Assembly: GCA_973895155.1 (NCBI GenBank)
Contig: OZ316893.1
Span: forward strand, 18,321,836-18,385,835
DNA from: Marsupella aquatica
Lineage: Eukaryota > Plantae > Marchantiophyta
DNA length: 64,000 nucleotides
Reading direction: 5' to 3'
The position numbers and the translations under genes are program-made. Of this stretch, positions 1 through 12,420 are shown piece after piece. Position 1 is the first letter of the stretch; every line of letters begins with the position of its first letter. The notes under the pieces are model-generated. The model was given only the letters and a program-made list of their open reading frames with translations. It made no database searches and had not been told where the DNA came from.

Positions 1-1035
1 AGCGGACATTTGCACTGAGTTCTATCAAGAGCTTCTAGTCCACATCGAAAAGTGATGAATGAGCGCACAAATACCTTGTGAAACAAAATCCAGCCCTCCT
101 CCCTACCTTATGTTCAAGGATTTTCCTTTTGGTCCTATAAGTGTTTGGGCGGGTGGAATGACCCTTCGCTGCTCAAGCGTGAGGGCGTCTTAGTCAAGCG
201 CCCAACTAATGATGGCCCTAGATACGGTTTTCCCATGAGGAGACTACTTATGATCGACCTCCACTCATTACTTAGTAAAGGCATGGTACTTGACATAGTT
301 GGTACACAGACCCCCTTAAGGTCCGATTGGTGGCGATACCTTAAGTACCCATTATGGTCGTCCCAACTATTTTAGCATTAAAACATGCTTTATTGCAAAC
401 AAAAAAAATTGGGGCCCGCATAGCAATGTCATTATGTGTTTATGTGTACCTTGGCCATGGAATTAATAATCAAACGGTTACAAAAAATCACCTAAAAGAT
501 CTAACAGCTGTCATTCATTAATTCCCACTCAAAATGCAATTTGTAAGGGGATGAAGGATTAAAATGAGTGGGATTTGATATTATAGATGTAGATAGGTAA
601 AGCGCTCCTTTCAAGGGGAGAAAACAAGAGCCGTGACACAACACCTAACAAAAGGAACAAAGTGCCCAAGAGAAACTATAGCCTCTGACCTCCAATTTGT
701 CACTAGCTCAATGTGTCCTTGCCGCCATGTGGCTGTTGCGGTGAGGTTGTCCTTGGTGTAACAATATCCGGACATGGCACATAAATGGCAAGGTGAAGCA
801 AAGATTCAGCGTGATTGGCAATATCTCGCATTAAGGCATCAACACGACTCGTTTATAGTTGCGCCTTTTGGATTACACCTAATTAGCATTTGGGGAAATT
901 TTCACCCAATTTGGGCAGACTCTCCCTCTTTGACGATTGGCCTGAGCCACCTGTCCTCAAGGGCAGCATTGGGCTGTCCCTACGCCCAACCCCCAAAGTC
1001 TTGGACCGGTCTAGGGCCCACTTTTGCCTAACCGG

Positions 1036-1340
1036 CAATCGTAGAACTTGACTACCCTACCATTTAGCTTAGGCGTCACTACTCCAATGCCAAGCTCCAC
1101 TACGATCCAAGCCTCTGGGACAACCATCCGGTGGGGACTTGTGGGCAAGGAAGTGCTGCACTAGAAAAGGCAATGTGTTGAGCTAGTGGCGCACACTAAG
1201 GACTTAGACTAGCATCGGGAGCTGGTCAAGTCAGGGGAAGGGCCAAGGTCAGTGTGAACCGTTCGGACCCTGGATGGACCCTGATTTTTAAGGGCTGAGT
1301 GAGAGCTCCTCTTGGGTCCAAGTGCATAGAAGTTCAATTC
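1036..1340 (+). repeat. Diverged copy of Gypsy LTR-derived sequence (same family as 2186-2575 and 2955-3345)
   Basis: Shares motifs such as gaacttgactacc, cacactaaggacttagactag and aaggg(c)caag with the arms at 2186-2575 and 2955-3345. Confidence 0.6.
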
Positions 1341-1370
1341 ATGTGGAACGGATGTTTAGCGCATGAGAAA

Positions 1371-2185
1371 TGTTACGCCCCAAGATCCATTCTTACGCGG
1401 ATTTTGGCTTAGGCTGGCATAAACTTTGTTAGTATTGAGGTTTCGGGCAAGGAGGGATGTGCAAACAGTGTTTTATTCCCATAACCCAATGCTAAGTGCA
1501 CCCAATACTACACTTACACATATCATAGGTATACTTTGTGTTCCGCCGTCGAAACATACCTTAAGTCGATAGCTCAATTGACCTCGGCTTAAGGACTTCT
1601 AAGCCTTTGTGTTGTCTGCCTCCAACCTGGATCCGATGATATGGGTGTCCAACCTGGGCTTGCAACCACTATCTGCAACCAACACCCCGTGCATAGCCGC
1701 ATAATGCATTTTGCCAAACATTTTCTACCCGTATGCGAGATTGACGATTGTGATGGAATTCACAACATACAATCTCGATAATTTACACGAAGGAAATGAT
1801 GAGGAAAAGACTTTACTTTAGAATCCGTCATACACATACACACGGTTGACTCAACTTCTTATGAATGAGCAGGCCCAACGACAGTGAGAGGTACACTACA
1901 ACCGGGACTACAAGGGCTGGCTTTGCACTCACCCAACGAGCTTAGTCGTACACTCACCCCTTGGTGCTCTCTATTCATGAAGGTCGGGACTCTCCGCACA
2001 TCCCACAAATCCCCAATTCTGAACCTAAAATCCCCCCCTTGCCTCTACTGGGGGGTGCACTAAATACTAACTAAAGGCCGCGACCAGGAACGACTACGAT
2101 GCCCAAATCAAACTTAACCTAAATTCCTCTAACTGTCAGGCCAAAAAACAACATGTTTTATTCTAAGATCCTATGCTAAGTGGGA
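1371..2185 (-). mobile_element. Partial Gypsy LTR (promoter/R/U5 end), related to 4335-5200
   Basis: Terminus TGTTACGCCC (+) parallels TGTCGCGCCC at 4335; shares gaggg(t)ttcgggcaaggag, ggaaaagact and gttgactc(a/g)acttct blocks; TATTTA box on the minus strand near 2065. Confidence 0.55.
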
Positions 2186-3345
2186 GTCACGGAACTCGAC
2201 TACCTTAACACTTAGCTTCGGCTTCGCTGACTCCAATGTCGAGCTCCCTTATGGTCCAGGCTCGGATAGGACATCCGGTGAGGACTTAGCATGGGGAGAC
2301 TTGTGGGCATTAGATGTGGCACTAACAAAGGCAAGGCGCCAAGCTGGTGACACACACTAAGGACTTAGACTAGCTGAGAGTTGGTTGGGTCAAGGGGAAA
2401 AAGGGCCAGACTCAAGGTTGACCGTCCGGACCCCCGGATGGACTTTGAGTTCTGAGGACTTGAGTGAGAGCTCTTCTTGGGCCCAAGGCCAATGGAGTTG
2501 ACGGTCAACAGGCGCTTGGGGCACAAATTATGGCCCGATTTGGGTTTGGCCAATCGGGGACCCCAAGCGGCAATGAGATTTGGGGGCCTACGCATGAGCG
2601 CTGGGTCGGCCCGATCACAACGGGCTAAGGCACTCCACTTGCGGACGCCTAACTAGAAAGTTATGGGCGTTGCCAGTTGGTGCCACACCCATACATGTGA
2701 GATAGGGTCCAGGTTGGGGTCCAAAAGTTTGGGGACCAAAGGTGGTCCGGGGGTGGCAGGTCTCCAGAAGCATATATGAGGGGAGTGGTGTCTCCCTAGG
2801 GGCTAAGGGCAAGCCAAAGTTGTGAGCCGCAATGGTCGCGACACTATGGAAAAATGCCAAACGGAAACAACAATAATTTTCCAACAGGAAGTCCATTCAG
2901 TCTTCTTGGGTGCAGAAAGCTCTCGAGGAGGGTTACATCCTCCTAAGCTCAGCTAGGTCTGGGGACGCCATAGGTTCTTGATCGGCCAAACCCAAATCGG
3001 GCCGTAACTCGCGCCCCAAGTGTCCATTGCCCATGGCGTCAACCCCATTGGCCTTGGGCCCAAGAGGAGCCCTTCGAACTCAAAGTCCATCCGGGGGTCT
3101 GGACGGTCGACCTTGAGCCTAGCCCTTTTTCCCCTTGACCCGACCAACTCTCAGCTAGTCTAAGTCCTTAGTGTGTGTGTCACCAGCGCCTTGCCTTCGC
3201 CACTGCCACATCTCATTACCCACAAGTCTTCCCATGCTAAGTCCTCCCCGGATGTCCTATCTGGGCCTGGACCATAAGGGAGCTTGGCGTCGGAGTTAGC
3301 AACGCCGAAGCTAAGTGTTAACGTAGTCAAGTTCCGCGACTTGCA
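2186..3345. repeat. Inverted pair of ~390-bp LTR fragments (2186-2575 + and 2955-3345 -)
   Basis: gtcacggaactcgactaccttaacacttagcttcgg at 2186 is the reverse complement of 3305-3340 with few mismatches; similarity continues for about 390 bp. Confidence 0.8.
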
Positions 3346-3354
3346 CCCCCCCTT
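3346..3354 (-). promoter_or_regulatory. Polypurine tract of the chromoviral Gypsy element
   Basis: AAGGGGGGG on the minus strand, immediately followed by TG (3345), downstream of the chromodomain. Confidence 0.6.
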
Positions 3355-3799
3355 AAAAATGGTCACGCCCACGTGACCTTAGTAAACGTTCCAGCATGCC
3401 TAGACCACTTTAGGTCTTAAAAATATTATGAGGTAACAAATGGTTTGCCCATAAGGCTGATGCAAATCAGGTTGGTATGCACATTCCAGACTTAGGAAAT
3501 TCCAACCTATCCCAATTATCCAAGTAGGATGCCAGTCCAAACGGGTAAGCTAACTCCAAACTTGTCGGACCCATTGTTTTCCCCTTTGGGTACTCCCCTT
3601 TAGTTTGAACCAGCCCGTCCCCAAATGTGAGGCGGGCACCATCAACTTCCGCTTGCAAAAAGAAAATCGGCCACCCAACAACCTCTAGCGCCCACAAAAT
3701 CCAACTTTATCCTCAAGAGGCTAGGAGGAGTGAAACTAGGATACAACTCACAAAGGTAGCTACAGTTGCCTGTACCAGTTCACAACGGCGGTAGGCCGC

Positions 3800-4329
3800 T
3801 TTGCTTGCAATAGCTTCCAAGGATCTCTGGGGCATTACCCAAATTTCTTCCGGTTCCCAAGTACTCTCGGCCTAATCATAGCCAGTCCACTTCACCAAAT
3901 ACTCTAAGATTTGCCTTCCTAACTTGCGTTTGTCACGTGGTCCAGAATTGCCTCCACCTCAAACTCCTCAGCGTCCTCCACCAGCATGGCGTCTGGACGC
4001 AAGACCTGATCCCGGTTGGGATCATTGTCTTGACAAATTTCTTGAGCCAACTAACATGGTAGCTTTTGCCTACGCTAATTTCCTTGGGTGTCTCCAACAC
4101 GAACAAAACCGGATTATCCTTGTGGGCCCATTGTATGATGCAATAGGGCCCCGCATATCTGGGAGCCAACTTCCTACTTATCTTCCCGTGGTATTGTTTA
4201 GGCCTCAATTGCAACCAGACGCTCTCCTTAATTTCAAAGCTTACTTGGCGTCAATGTTTATCCACTTGCGCCTTGTACCGACTTTGGGCAAGGGTCATAC
4301 CCTTGGTAGCCGCTTCCACAACTAGGCGT
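3800..4329 (-). pseudogene. Chromoviral Ty3/Gypsy integrase C-terminus with GPY/F motif and chromodomain (stops, frameshifts)
   Basis: KLAPRYAGPY, YHVSWLKKF, EEFEVEAILDH...EYLVKWTGYD*AESTWEPEE. Confidence 0.9.
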
Positions 4330-5329
4330 CGCTCTGTCGCGCCCATAACCCGGGCCTTAAATCCAAGTTAGTTCCATGGGGCGACCTCGACCACCAGTAG
4401 GGGTGAGGGTTCGGGCAAGGAGGTGTGTAGCGGGCCGGATTAGCCCTATGTCGGGCTAAGTCAATATACTTACCGGTATAATACTTACGCAGCTCGTACT
4501 AGTCATAGGTATATTTGATTTCCACCGCTGGAATATTCCCACAGTTTGTGACTCGGACTAACTCCCGGCTTGGGGCTTTCAAGCCATTGACGCGGCAAAA
4601 CTTTGTGACATGCAATGGGTGGCAATCCCTACCATTAGTCCGCACCCAATACGTCCCTTAAAATGGCGCCTTTGCCCGAACAAAGCATACACACAACACC
4701 AATTACTCGCGGAAAAAATAAGAGGGAAAAGACTATAATTACTCAACGAAGAATCAATTTACATAGTTGACTCGACTTCTAAGGAGGTCAGCAGGCCTAA
4801 GGCAATTGATGCCTAGTCTCCACAAGGCCCCGCCCCGCACTTGCCCAGCAAGCTTGACTCTGGCTCTCACTCCTTAGTGCACTCAGACCCTGCTCAGGCT
4901 GGGACTCCCCGTGCCTCCCCTTTTCTTGCGGCTGAGATAACTAAGCCTTCTCCCCTTCTTCAGCAGAAAGGGAAGCCTAAATACTACAGTTGCGGAAAGG
5001 AACCGAAAGATACTACCTCTCGGGATAATGCCTATTGCACTGACTAACTACCTTCTGACTAACCGGCCGCACTACCTCTGACCGGTTGACCGTGAGTGGC
5101 GGGGGCGCTGACTGGGGTGGTAGTAGCCAAGCCTACTGACCAAAATCCTAGTCCATTGATGGACTCTATCCTATGTCGGCCGATCCTAACTGACTCTGTC
5201 CTAACCCTTCCTACTGCACCGCTAATCGGCGCCTAATGACAGCCATTTTGTCGTTAAGCCTAATCAAAAAGATGCTGCTGACTCAATTGCCTCGCGCGGT
5301 GCCTGCTCACATCCTCTGCTAACCACCCC

Positions 5330-6319
5330 TTACGTGTGTGCTGTGGTCGGGCCAAGGTTTGTCCCCTTGTCGGGGCGAGACCTCGAGCCGCCTTGATCAG
5401 AGGCGGGCCCAGGTCTTGCCCGCTGGAGGACGAGCAGGGTAACGCGGTCTTGCAAGGCCTTGTTGTCCCGTACCACCTCTTTTCTCTCGTTCATAGCTTT
5501 GTCGGCCTTGGTTTGGAGCTGTGCTACCTCCAGGTTGAGCTGGCTAATGGAGTCACGATGGATCTGGTCCTGCGCCAGCAAGTTATCTAGCTTGGCGAAG
5601 AGACTAGCCACCTGCTGAGCTGACTGCAGGAGTTGGTTGTTGAGGTCGTTTAGGCTGGTAACCCGAGCCGAGGATTCTAAGCGCAATTGAAGCATGGTGT
5701 CATCCCGCTTCTTGAGATCTGCTTGCACCGTGCTCAACTCTTGGCTTAGTCCGTCCCGTTGTTCAACGGTGCGGACTAACTCCTCACGGCGGGTAGTGGC
5801 CTCCTCTTCAAGGTGTTCTACTAGCATTTGGAGGCGCCCGATCTCGTTCCCCTTTGCCATGAGTTCTTCCTCCAAGCGGCTTACGATCCGCGGTTGGTGC
5901 TCTAACATGAAGAAGGTTGGTTGGAAGTACGCCGAGACTTGTTGTCCGATGTACGTTGCCAGCTCCCCTGACATAGTCTGGCTAAACTTCTGGACCAGGT
6001 CGTAGGCCATGGTCCCTAGGGCTACTTGGTAGTCCTCCATCCTCTCGGGCACCGGTGGTTCCTCGGGCGGGGCGGCAAGCTCCTCCGTAGTCTGCAAAGG
6101 GGAGGGAAAGGTTTCTTCAGGTGGTGGAGGGATTGGGGGTGGTTGTACCGGGGGTAGCGGAGGCTCGACGGAAGGGGGTGGCGGATTTTCAACAGGAGGA
6201 GGCGACGGAGTATTAGTCGGGGCCGCGGGCTTGGGGTTTTCCCGAGGCGTGGTAGTTTGCTTGCTTGGGGTAGCCTCCTCCGGAGCGAGGGTGACATTAG
6301 TCGAGGCTGAGGTGGCCAT
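5330..6319 (-). CDS. Retroelement accessory protein, C-terminal part (Pro-rich linker + coiled coil)
   Basis: 329-aa open frame, Pro-rich then heptad-rich; same layout as the C-terminal half of the 43501-45363 ORF. Confidence 0.55.
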   Translation of the reverse strand: MATSASTNVTLAPEEATPSKQTTTPRENPKPAAPTNTPSPPPVENPPPPSVEPPLPPVQPPPIPPPPEETFPSPLQTTEELAAPPEEPPVPERMEDYQVALGTMAYDLVQKFSQTMSGELATYIGQQVSAYFQPTFFMLEHQPRIVSRLEEELMAKGNEIGRLQMLVEHLEEEATTRREELVRTVEQRDGLSQELSTVQADLKKRDDTMLQLRLESSARVTSLNDLNNQLLQSAQQVASLFAKLDNLLAQDQIHRDSISQLNLEVAQLQTKADKAMNERKEVVRDNKALQDRVTLLVLQRARPGPASDQGGSRSRPDKGTNLGPTTAHT

Positions 6320-6357
6320 ATTCTTTCCCCTGGCCTCCCGCTATCCGGGAAACCGTT

Positions 6358-9011
6358 TGAAGCGGTCTGAAAACTAGTTTCTATAGTTTCTTAGGGACTG
6401 ATTTGAGGATAAGTATAAATCACTTTCTAGATACTTTATCTTTTATCAAATGTTATTTACTAGTTTCATCTAAGTTTCTAACACTTAAGCATTTCAAAAT
6501 TAAAAAATAAAATTTTAAACGTAAGTTCTTTTAAGAATCTTTCACTTTTTGGTTTATTTTATTGTATTTTTAAGTTTACCCTAATTCTTAACCACTAGTT
6601 TCTGAAGTGTCTCTAAGTTCATTCTTTGTTTTAAATCTAATACATAATCCTTCCTTAAGTTTAGTTCAAATGAAAAACTTTTTGAATATATTCTTTCCAT
6701 CCATTTATTTTGTTACAACATCCATTTCATTTTTAAATTCAAAAGTTGCAATCAATTTTAATGGGTAAGTCACTCATTTATTTCTTAGGATTGAAGTTAC
6801 ATGGCTTTTTGGCTGTCTCAAACTCTAGATTCCCGACGTCATTTCAGCTCAGGTCAGTCTCCGTTCATCAGGTCAGTCGTCAATTGTTTCACCCAGACAT
6901 TTGCTACAGAGCCTCATTCGCCGACAAGCCTCCCTTTTGTCTTCATTTCTCTTCTTTACTTCCCGGGCCTCTCCTTCAAGCCCTCCTTTCCTCGTCGTTT
7001 CAACTTTCCAATCCCATAAAAGGAAGAACTTTCATCCAACTTCCCCTTTACCATCCATCCTTATTTCAAACAGAGCGCCGATCTACTTCCTACTCCTTAG
7101 TTTAATCTAAACAATTCTTGTTTTAATTCTCTTTATGTTCGGTCCATTCCTTTCTTGGCATCGAAGTAGTCATTCCTTAGATCAAAGCTATTTCTTCTCG
7201 TTCCTCTTAACTCAGCCGACTCCTCTCTCTCACTTGAGACTTTCGCAGCTATAATGCCTCCTTAAGTCACTATCAACTTTCGTTTCTTACTGCAAATCGA
7301 TCTTCTTTCCGGATTTTCCCTCAGCGCTTTATCTTCTTTTATCGTTCGTTCAATCTGACGTTTTTTTCTTTCTTTGCCAGTTTTGCACTGTCGCTTCTCT
7401 GCTCTTCTCAGATCGCATTTCTCATTGTAGTTCTGTTTCCAGCACCAGCTCCTCTCTCACATCCGCCATAGTCTTCGACTCTTCACTTGAAAATTTCCTC
7501 TTTTCACAATCACGTTGTCCTGCGCTGTTTCTCTCTCCAAAAAAATCTCAATAACGCTCTTCTGGAGTACCCATTTCAGACATGTTCTAGTTCTTCAAAA
7601 GAAAACATCAACAGCGAAAATCAATGCAGCTCCAATTCCTTCTCAGCTCTCAGCATCTCGCCTGCTCCGCCTTTTGTCTGCACCGCTTTCTACAGCTACA
7701 ACAAAAATGAATGATTTTCTCCCAAGCCCAAGCTCCTTAGCTCTTTTCTATTCGTCTTGCTCACTGGTTCTCTTTGCCTTCACCATAGCCCTGATTCTTC
7801 ACGACCAATCTTCCCCTATTCCCCCAAAAACGACTACGGCTATTCACACTCGCGAATTTCATCAGAACTTTCTCCTCTTCCAGTGACATTTTTCCGAATT
7901 CCATTCATGATCCGTTCTCGTTTCCTACCACCCTCCAGTCCTTCACTGCTCATCCACAAGTTCAAAAGTTATCTCTCACCCATGTTCGTATCACACAACC
8001 ACCACAATCAAGCACACCAAATCTCCAAGTTCTCCTCGACTGCCTCTGGACGCCCTTCTTTTCTCAGTTCCACACTCCACCCCGTTCGATCTTACGTCCT
8101 CTATCCTTAGCCTCAGATGATCACTTCAACACGATCACAGCCTCCCGGAACAACTGATCGACTTTGCTGTAATTTCATTTCCCACATTTGAACACCTTCT
8201 CTGTCCTTAAGCTATCGGTTATTCATTTTTGCCATCTCATCAAAATAGGAGCTTGTCAACACCATTACCCTTCGCTTCCGCCACACCTGCTTCGCCCTAT
8301 ATATTAACCCAGAAAATTTCCAACAGCATCCACGACTACCAAGCTCCGAATTCCTTATCGGACCTTAGCCTTCTCCCAAGATCCAAAATCACAGCGCACC
8401 ACACTCTTTGGCCTATCCCCTCTCTTCTTTTCCTCTGAACTCCCTGGCGCACACACATCACTCGCAACCCATCTCCACAGCTCCTTCGATCTGCCGTTTT
8501 TCTTTCCTTCACTTTATTCCAATGCTCGCCATCGCCCACCTTCCATTTCCTCTTTTCTGCTGAAGTTTAACTTTCACCATGTTTCCACGAACATCCCTTC
8601 ATTCTATCGCCGAACCTCATCACTCACTCCTTCCACTGTAACGATCACCTCCGTTACTTCCATAGCAGTCGCGACCAGACGAGTAACGACCACGCGCCTC
8701 CGCCACTCGAAAAAAAAATCTCCAGATCTCCACACACAACGACCATCATCCTCGGCTGAATCTCACTCAATCACCCCGAGCTCTCTAGCGCGCCCACTTC
8801 CCAAGAATTTTTCTAATTCCCTCCGCGTGTCTAACTGCTATCTCCAACATGTCCTTATGAATTTGAATACTCCCAGGCCGCCACATGTCACTTCCACATT
8901 AAATGCCTCAATTTCCTTAAGCCTAAGCTTCAACTTTCACCCTTTTATTCCTCTTTTGTCTCAATAACCTTCATCTCAAGTTCAGTTTCCTCTTTGTTTC
9001 TTTCTTTCACA
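6358..9011 (+). repeat. CT-rich non-coding repeat, TG...TTCACA; related copy at 40003-41784
   Basis: 8830-9011 aligns with the reverse complement of 40003-40185 (catgtcacttcc.cattaaatgcctca, ccttaagcctaagcttcaactttcac, tttgtttctttct.ttcaca). Confidence 0.7.
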
Positions 9012-9712
9012 AAACAAAGAAAGGTACTGGGAATTGCAAGCTTTGCTGTGGGGTCTTGGAGACGATGCAACATTTGTTCATTGAATGTTCCCATGCCTCA
9101 TGTTGCTGGAGGATGTGTGACAGGATTTTGACGGAGCTTCGCTTACCCATTGGAGGTGGTCTGCTGGCTATTCTTGATGCATCGACAGGACCGGAGCCTA
9201 TTCACACTGCTAGGATCTTTTGTGTATATCAGACTCTCTGGATAATTTGGCTGGGAAGAAATGAACATATGTTCTCTGACAAGGTGGGACGTTCATTTGA
9301 CTTGGGCCTGATGCTTGCTGAGACTGCCTATCACATCCATGCGGTTGGGGCTGGTTTACGCTTTGGGCGGCGTCGCTCTCGGTTGAACCGGGCTCAGGAA
9401 TGGTTGCGGGGAACGAGGCAAATCTGGCTGAGACGGGGTGGGGACAGGATTCTCTTGGTGCCCTCTAGCGGCGGCGTTGCTGATTGAGGGGTCTGCTTTT
9501 TGGGGGGCTGCTGTGGGAAGGGCATGGGTGCTCTCTTGATCGGTGTTATTTCCCTTCTTTGAGGGGGGGCTCTCCCTGGGGCTTTGATGCTCTCTTTTGT
9601 GCTTTTGGGCTCTCTTTGTGGCTCGCTAGTGTGCTGTTGCTGTCCCTGTATTAAGGGCTGTTGTTCCCCCTATCCGTGGGGTCTTTCACGGTATTAAAAT
9701 TTATAAAAAAAA
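9012..9712 (+). mobile_element. 5'-truncated L1-clade LINE 3' end (zf-RVT, 3'UTR, poly-A)
   Basis: CKLCCGVLETMQHLFIEC and LWIIWLGRNEHMF motifs; G/T-rich UTR; poly-A at ~9704-9712. Confidence 0.85.
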
Positions 9713-9737
9713 CCATTCCAAGGAAAACAGAGAAATA

Positions 9738-10378
9738 TTACATTCCGAGCCGGTCAAAAGTAAGTCGACTAGATCCAGCACACTCCACTTCAATTGTCAA
9801 ACATTTTTCCCGACGACACTGCCGTGCTTTGTACCAGGCGAGGATGATGGCGATATGACTTCCCAGGTAAGTCCTCCCCCCAATAGCCATAACTGCCTGA
9901 GCCCGCTTAAGCTCCCCCGAGAACCTACGGTAAAAGAATTGGGCCCAGTTCCACCGTTTGTACTGTTCCACCTGTACGATCGTGCAGAGGGAGATCTCGG
10001 ATCGTGGCTCAATCACATGTAGGGTAGTCCGTATGAAGTTAATCGCTCCATACAGATTAAATTGGTGCACGACCCCTGCTTGTATCCATTGTCTGTCTTA
10101 CCCTTGGGTTTGAAGTGCCGAGGTGTATACTCCTTATCCCAAATTCGGAGTTCAACCAACACCGGCCCGGTTGGCAGACAGAAGATCTGTCCCAGCCGAT
10201 GCTCCGTGAGTGATAAGGTCTGTCCTGAAACCTTGGTGGTTGATACGTCAGTGTCAAAGTTGGAGATGAACTCACAAATCTCCTTTGGCCCGGCTGCGCA
10301 CGGTCTCCATAGCAAGTGAGCGAACTGCTCCAACTGATGCTCCTTGAGATAGTCTGCATGGTCAAGTTTCTTGATCAC
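9738..10378 (-). pseudogene. Retroelement accessory protein, N-terminal conserved domain (frameshifted)
   Basis: EFISNFDTDVSTTKVSGQTLSLT..IFCLP..NGY..SCTN..INFIRTTLH aligns with EFVGSWDHETSSTKIYGRDFYLT..VFGLP..NGF..TCTN..INFFRVTMH of the 45363 ORF; resembles plant transposon accessory domains. Confidence 0.65.
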
Positions 10379-10581
10379 GATCCAGACTACCTCGGGGATG
10401 CAAATTACCTATAATAAGTTAGACTTTGGATTATCCAAGGGCCGTCGGGTCTGGTTTGTCGGGGGTTCACCGAGGTAGGTGCAGGGGCGGCGTTGGTTCG
10501 CGTTGTCGGTTTGGGGGCCGGTGTCGTCCTTGCCCGCTTTCGAGAACGCTGCTCAAGCTGCAGACTAACACGCTCGGAACC

Positions 10582-11175
10582 CTAGGAACACTCGATGTTG
10601 TTCACGGGACGGACTCGAGACCGGTTCGGTGGTACGCCGGTGGTCATTGGCTGAGGGGTTGGGGGTGGTGTCGAGGTAGCCATATCCCAGTTGAAGGCGT
10701 TGGAGCTTTCCCCGAGGAACGTAAGATTACGCGCTGCTTCCCATTGTCTGCTGATGTCTTCTTCACGCTTCTCGACTGCAATCTGTTGGTCGATGTATCC
10801 CAGAATCTTGTCGAACTCTGCTGGAGTCAGTCTTTGGCTGCCCCTCAGCCTAAAGAACTTCATGGGAACTTCAAGAATCGCCTGTGCCATCGATCTAAAC
10901 CCCTCCTTGCTGATATATAGCTCGGTGATGTAATCCCGCAGCTCGTTGTAACTGGAATCCTTGGTGATGGTCGTCTTCTCACAGTTAACCTGTGCTACCT
11001 TGGCCACCAACTTCACGTATCTTCGTTCGTAAGCGGCTTTCTTGGGGTAAGAGTACCAGTAAGTCTTGGAGAACTTACCACCTACCTCGCCAAACAAGGT
11101 CCAAAATCCCAAGGCTGTAAGGGTCACACTAACCTTTGTAGTCTGGTTCGTCGAGTCCGCGTTCCTGCCCGGCAA
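10582..11175 (-). CDS. Uncharacterised retroelement accessory ORF
   Basis: 197-aa frame; EEDISRQWEAARNLTFLGE resembles QEELARLWELQKTAFLGGE in the 45457-45963 ORF. Confidence 0.45.
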   Translation of the reverse strand: MPGRNADSTNQTTKVSVTLTALGFWTLFGEVGGKFSKTYWYSYPKKAAYERRYVKLVAKVAQVNCEKTTITKDSSYNELRDYITELYISKEGFRSMAQAILEVPMKFFRLRGSQRLTPAEFDKILGYIDQQIAVEKREEDISRQWEAARNLTFLGESSNAFNWDMATSTPPPTPQPMTTGVPPNRSRVRPVNNIECS

Positions 11176-11683
11176 TTCCGGTTGCTGGTGGCGGCCTTAC
11201 TCGCCCTGACTAAATCCCGCCACAATCCACTCTTAACCCTCGATAAGTTCCTCGTAAAAGGTACCTTGATGTGACCAAAAGACAAGAGTGAATGGCAGCG
11301 TCCATAAATTCTGAAAGGTAGAAATGAGCAAATGGCCCGCAGCGCCACCGACTCCGCTCTTATGGAGGTACCAGGGTGAGCTCGAGCGTGAGAGGGCAAG
11401 GCCGTTTTGGTCGCTGATAATGAGCTGAAGTTGGCGTCTCGGTCCAAGCGTGATCTCCTAACAGATTTTTACTCCGCCACCGCCACCGTACCTTGGTCGA
11501 TCGTAATAATCCCCCTCCTTAATTCACAATCATTCAGTCAACTAACCTACTCCTAATCTATTCATAATGGCAAAGACGACTATTCCTACTACTCTATGCT
11601 ACAGCTATGGTCCTAATGACCGTATAAGTCCTAATCTAGGACCTGCGCTCGGTTAAGTGACACGTTACCCATGTCACACGCTC

Positions 11684-12420
11684 TCAACAAAAATTGTTTG
11701 TAGAAGGAACCTTGCTTTCCATCGGCCAACTTCCAGATTTATGAACCAGGAGGGCGCCCTTGGCGTCCTCGTTGTGGCTAACACAAACGGTGCAAACCCC
11801 TTCGCCTAATGCTTGGTCAAGTTATACCTAAACTTGGGCATTGTTAAGTGCTTTGCCCAATCCTTTTGATTGGCAGTCACAAAGTGACGCAAGTAGTCCT
11901 CCACAATCTCATTCACTTGTTCCGTTTGGGCATTCGTCTCGTGATGATACGCTCATCCTCTAGTAAGGTCTATTCCGAGTAACCGGAACAATGCCTTCCA
12001 AAAATGGCCCGTGAACTTGGTATCACAATCGGACAAGATATGCAACGACAATCCCCATTGTCGGAAGACATTATCAAATACTAGACCGACAACCTCTCAG
12101 GCCGAAACCATTTTTGTAATCGGCAAGAAATACGCCATCTTGGAAAAATGATCCACAAATTTTGTTAAGATGGAGTTACAGCCGTGGGACTCAGGTAACC
12201 CCACAATGAAGTCCATGGAGATGGACTCCCATGGAGCCGCGACTACTGGTAAGGGTTGCATAAGTCCTTCTTTTGCCCCTATAGACCATTTGGTTCTTTT
12301 GGCACGAGTAACAACTTTGCACGTGGCAAAGAACCGATTGCTTCATGTCCGGCCAGTACACATCTCACGACATACTGCAATACGTTGCAGCTTGTCCGCC
12401 ATGCTCTCCCCAGGGTGAGT
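11684..12420 (-). pseudogene. Ty3/Gypsy integrase core (rve), continues at 4329
   Basis: PWESISMDFIVGLP, VDHFSKMAYFLP, ILSDCDTKFTGHFWKALF, AYHHETNAQTEQVN; several stops. Confidence 0.9.

Larger units (their letters stand above)
4335..11678 (-). mobile_element. Nested TG..CA element with 5-bp TSD; probable giant solo LTR carrying accessory ORFs
   Basis: CGCTC at 4330-4334 and 11679-11683; termini TGTGACA...GCGCGACA (minus); removing it rejoins the host integrase (SKVPSTNNF..E / RRLVVEAATKGMTLAQSRYK). Confidence 0.75.

Noticed and set aside
6358-9011. CT-rich repeat as a clean solo LTR
   Set aside because: It has TG..CA ends, but the flanking 5-mers (CCGTT and AAACA) do not form a TSD.
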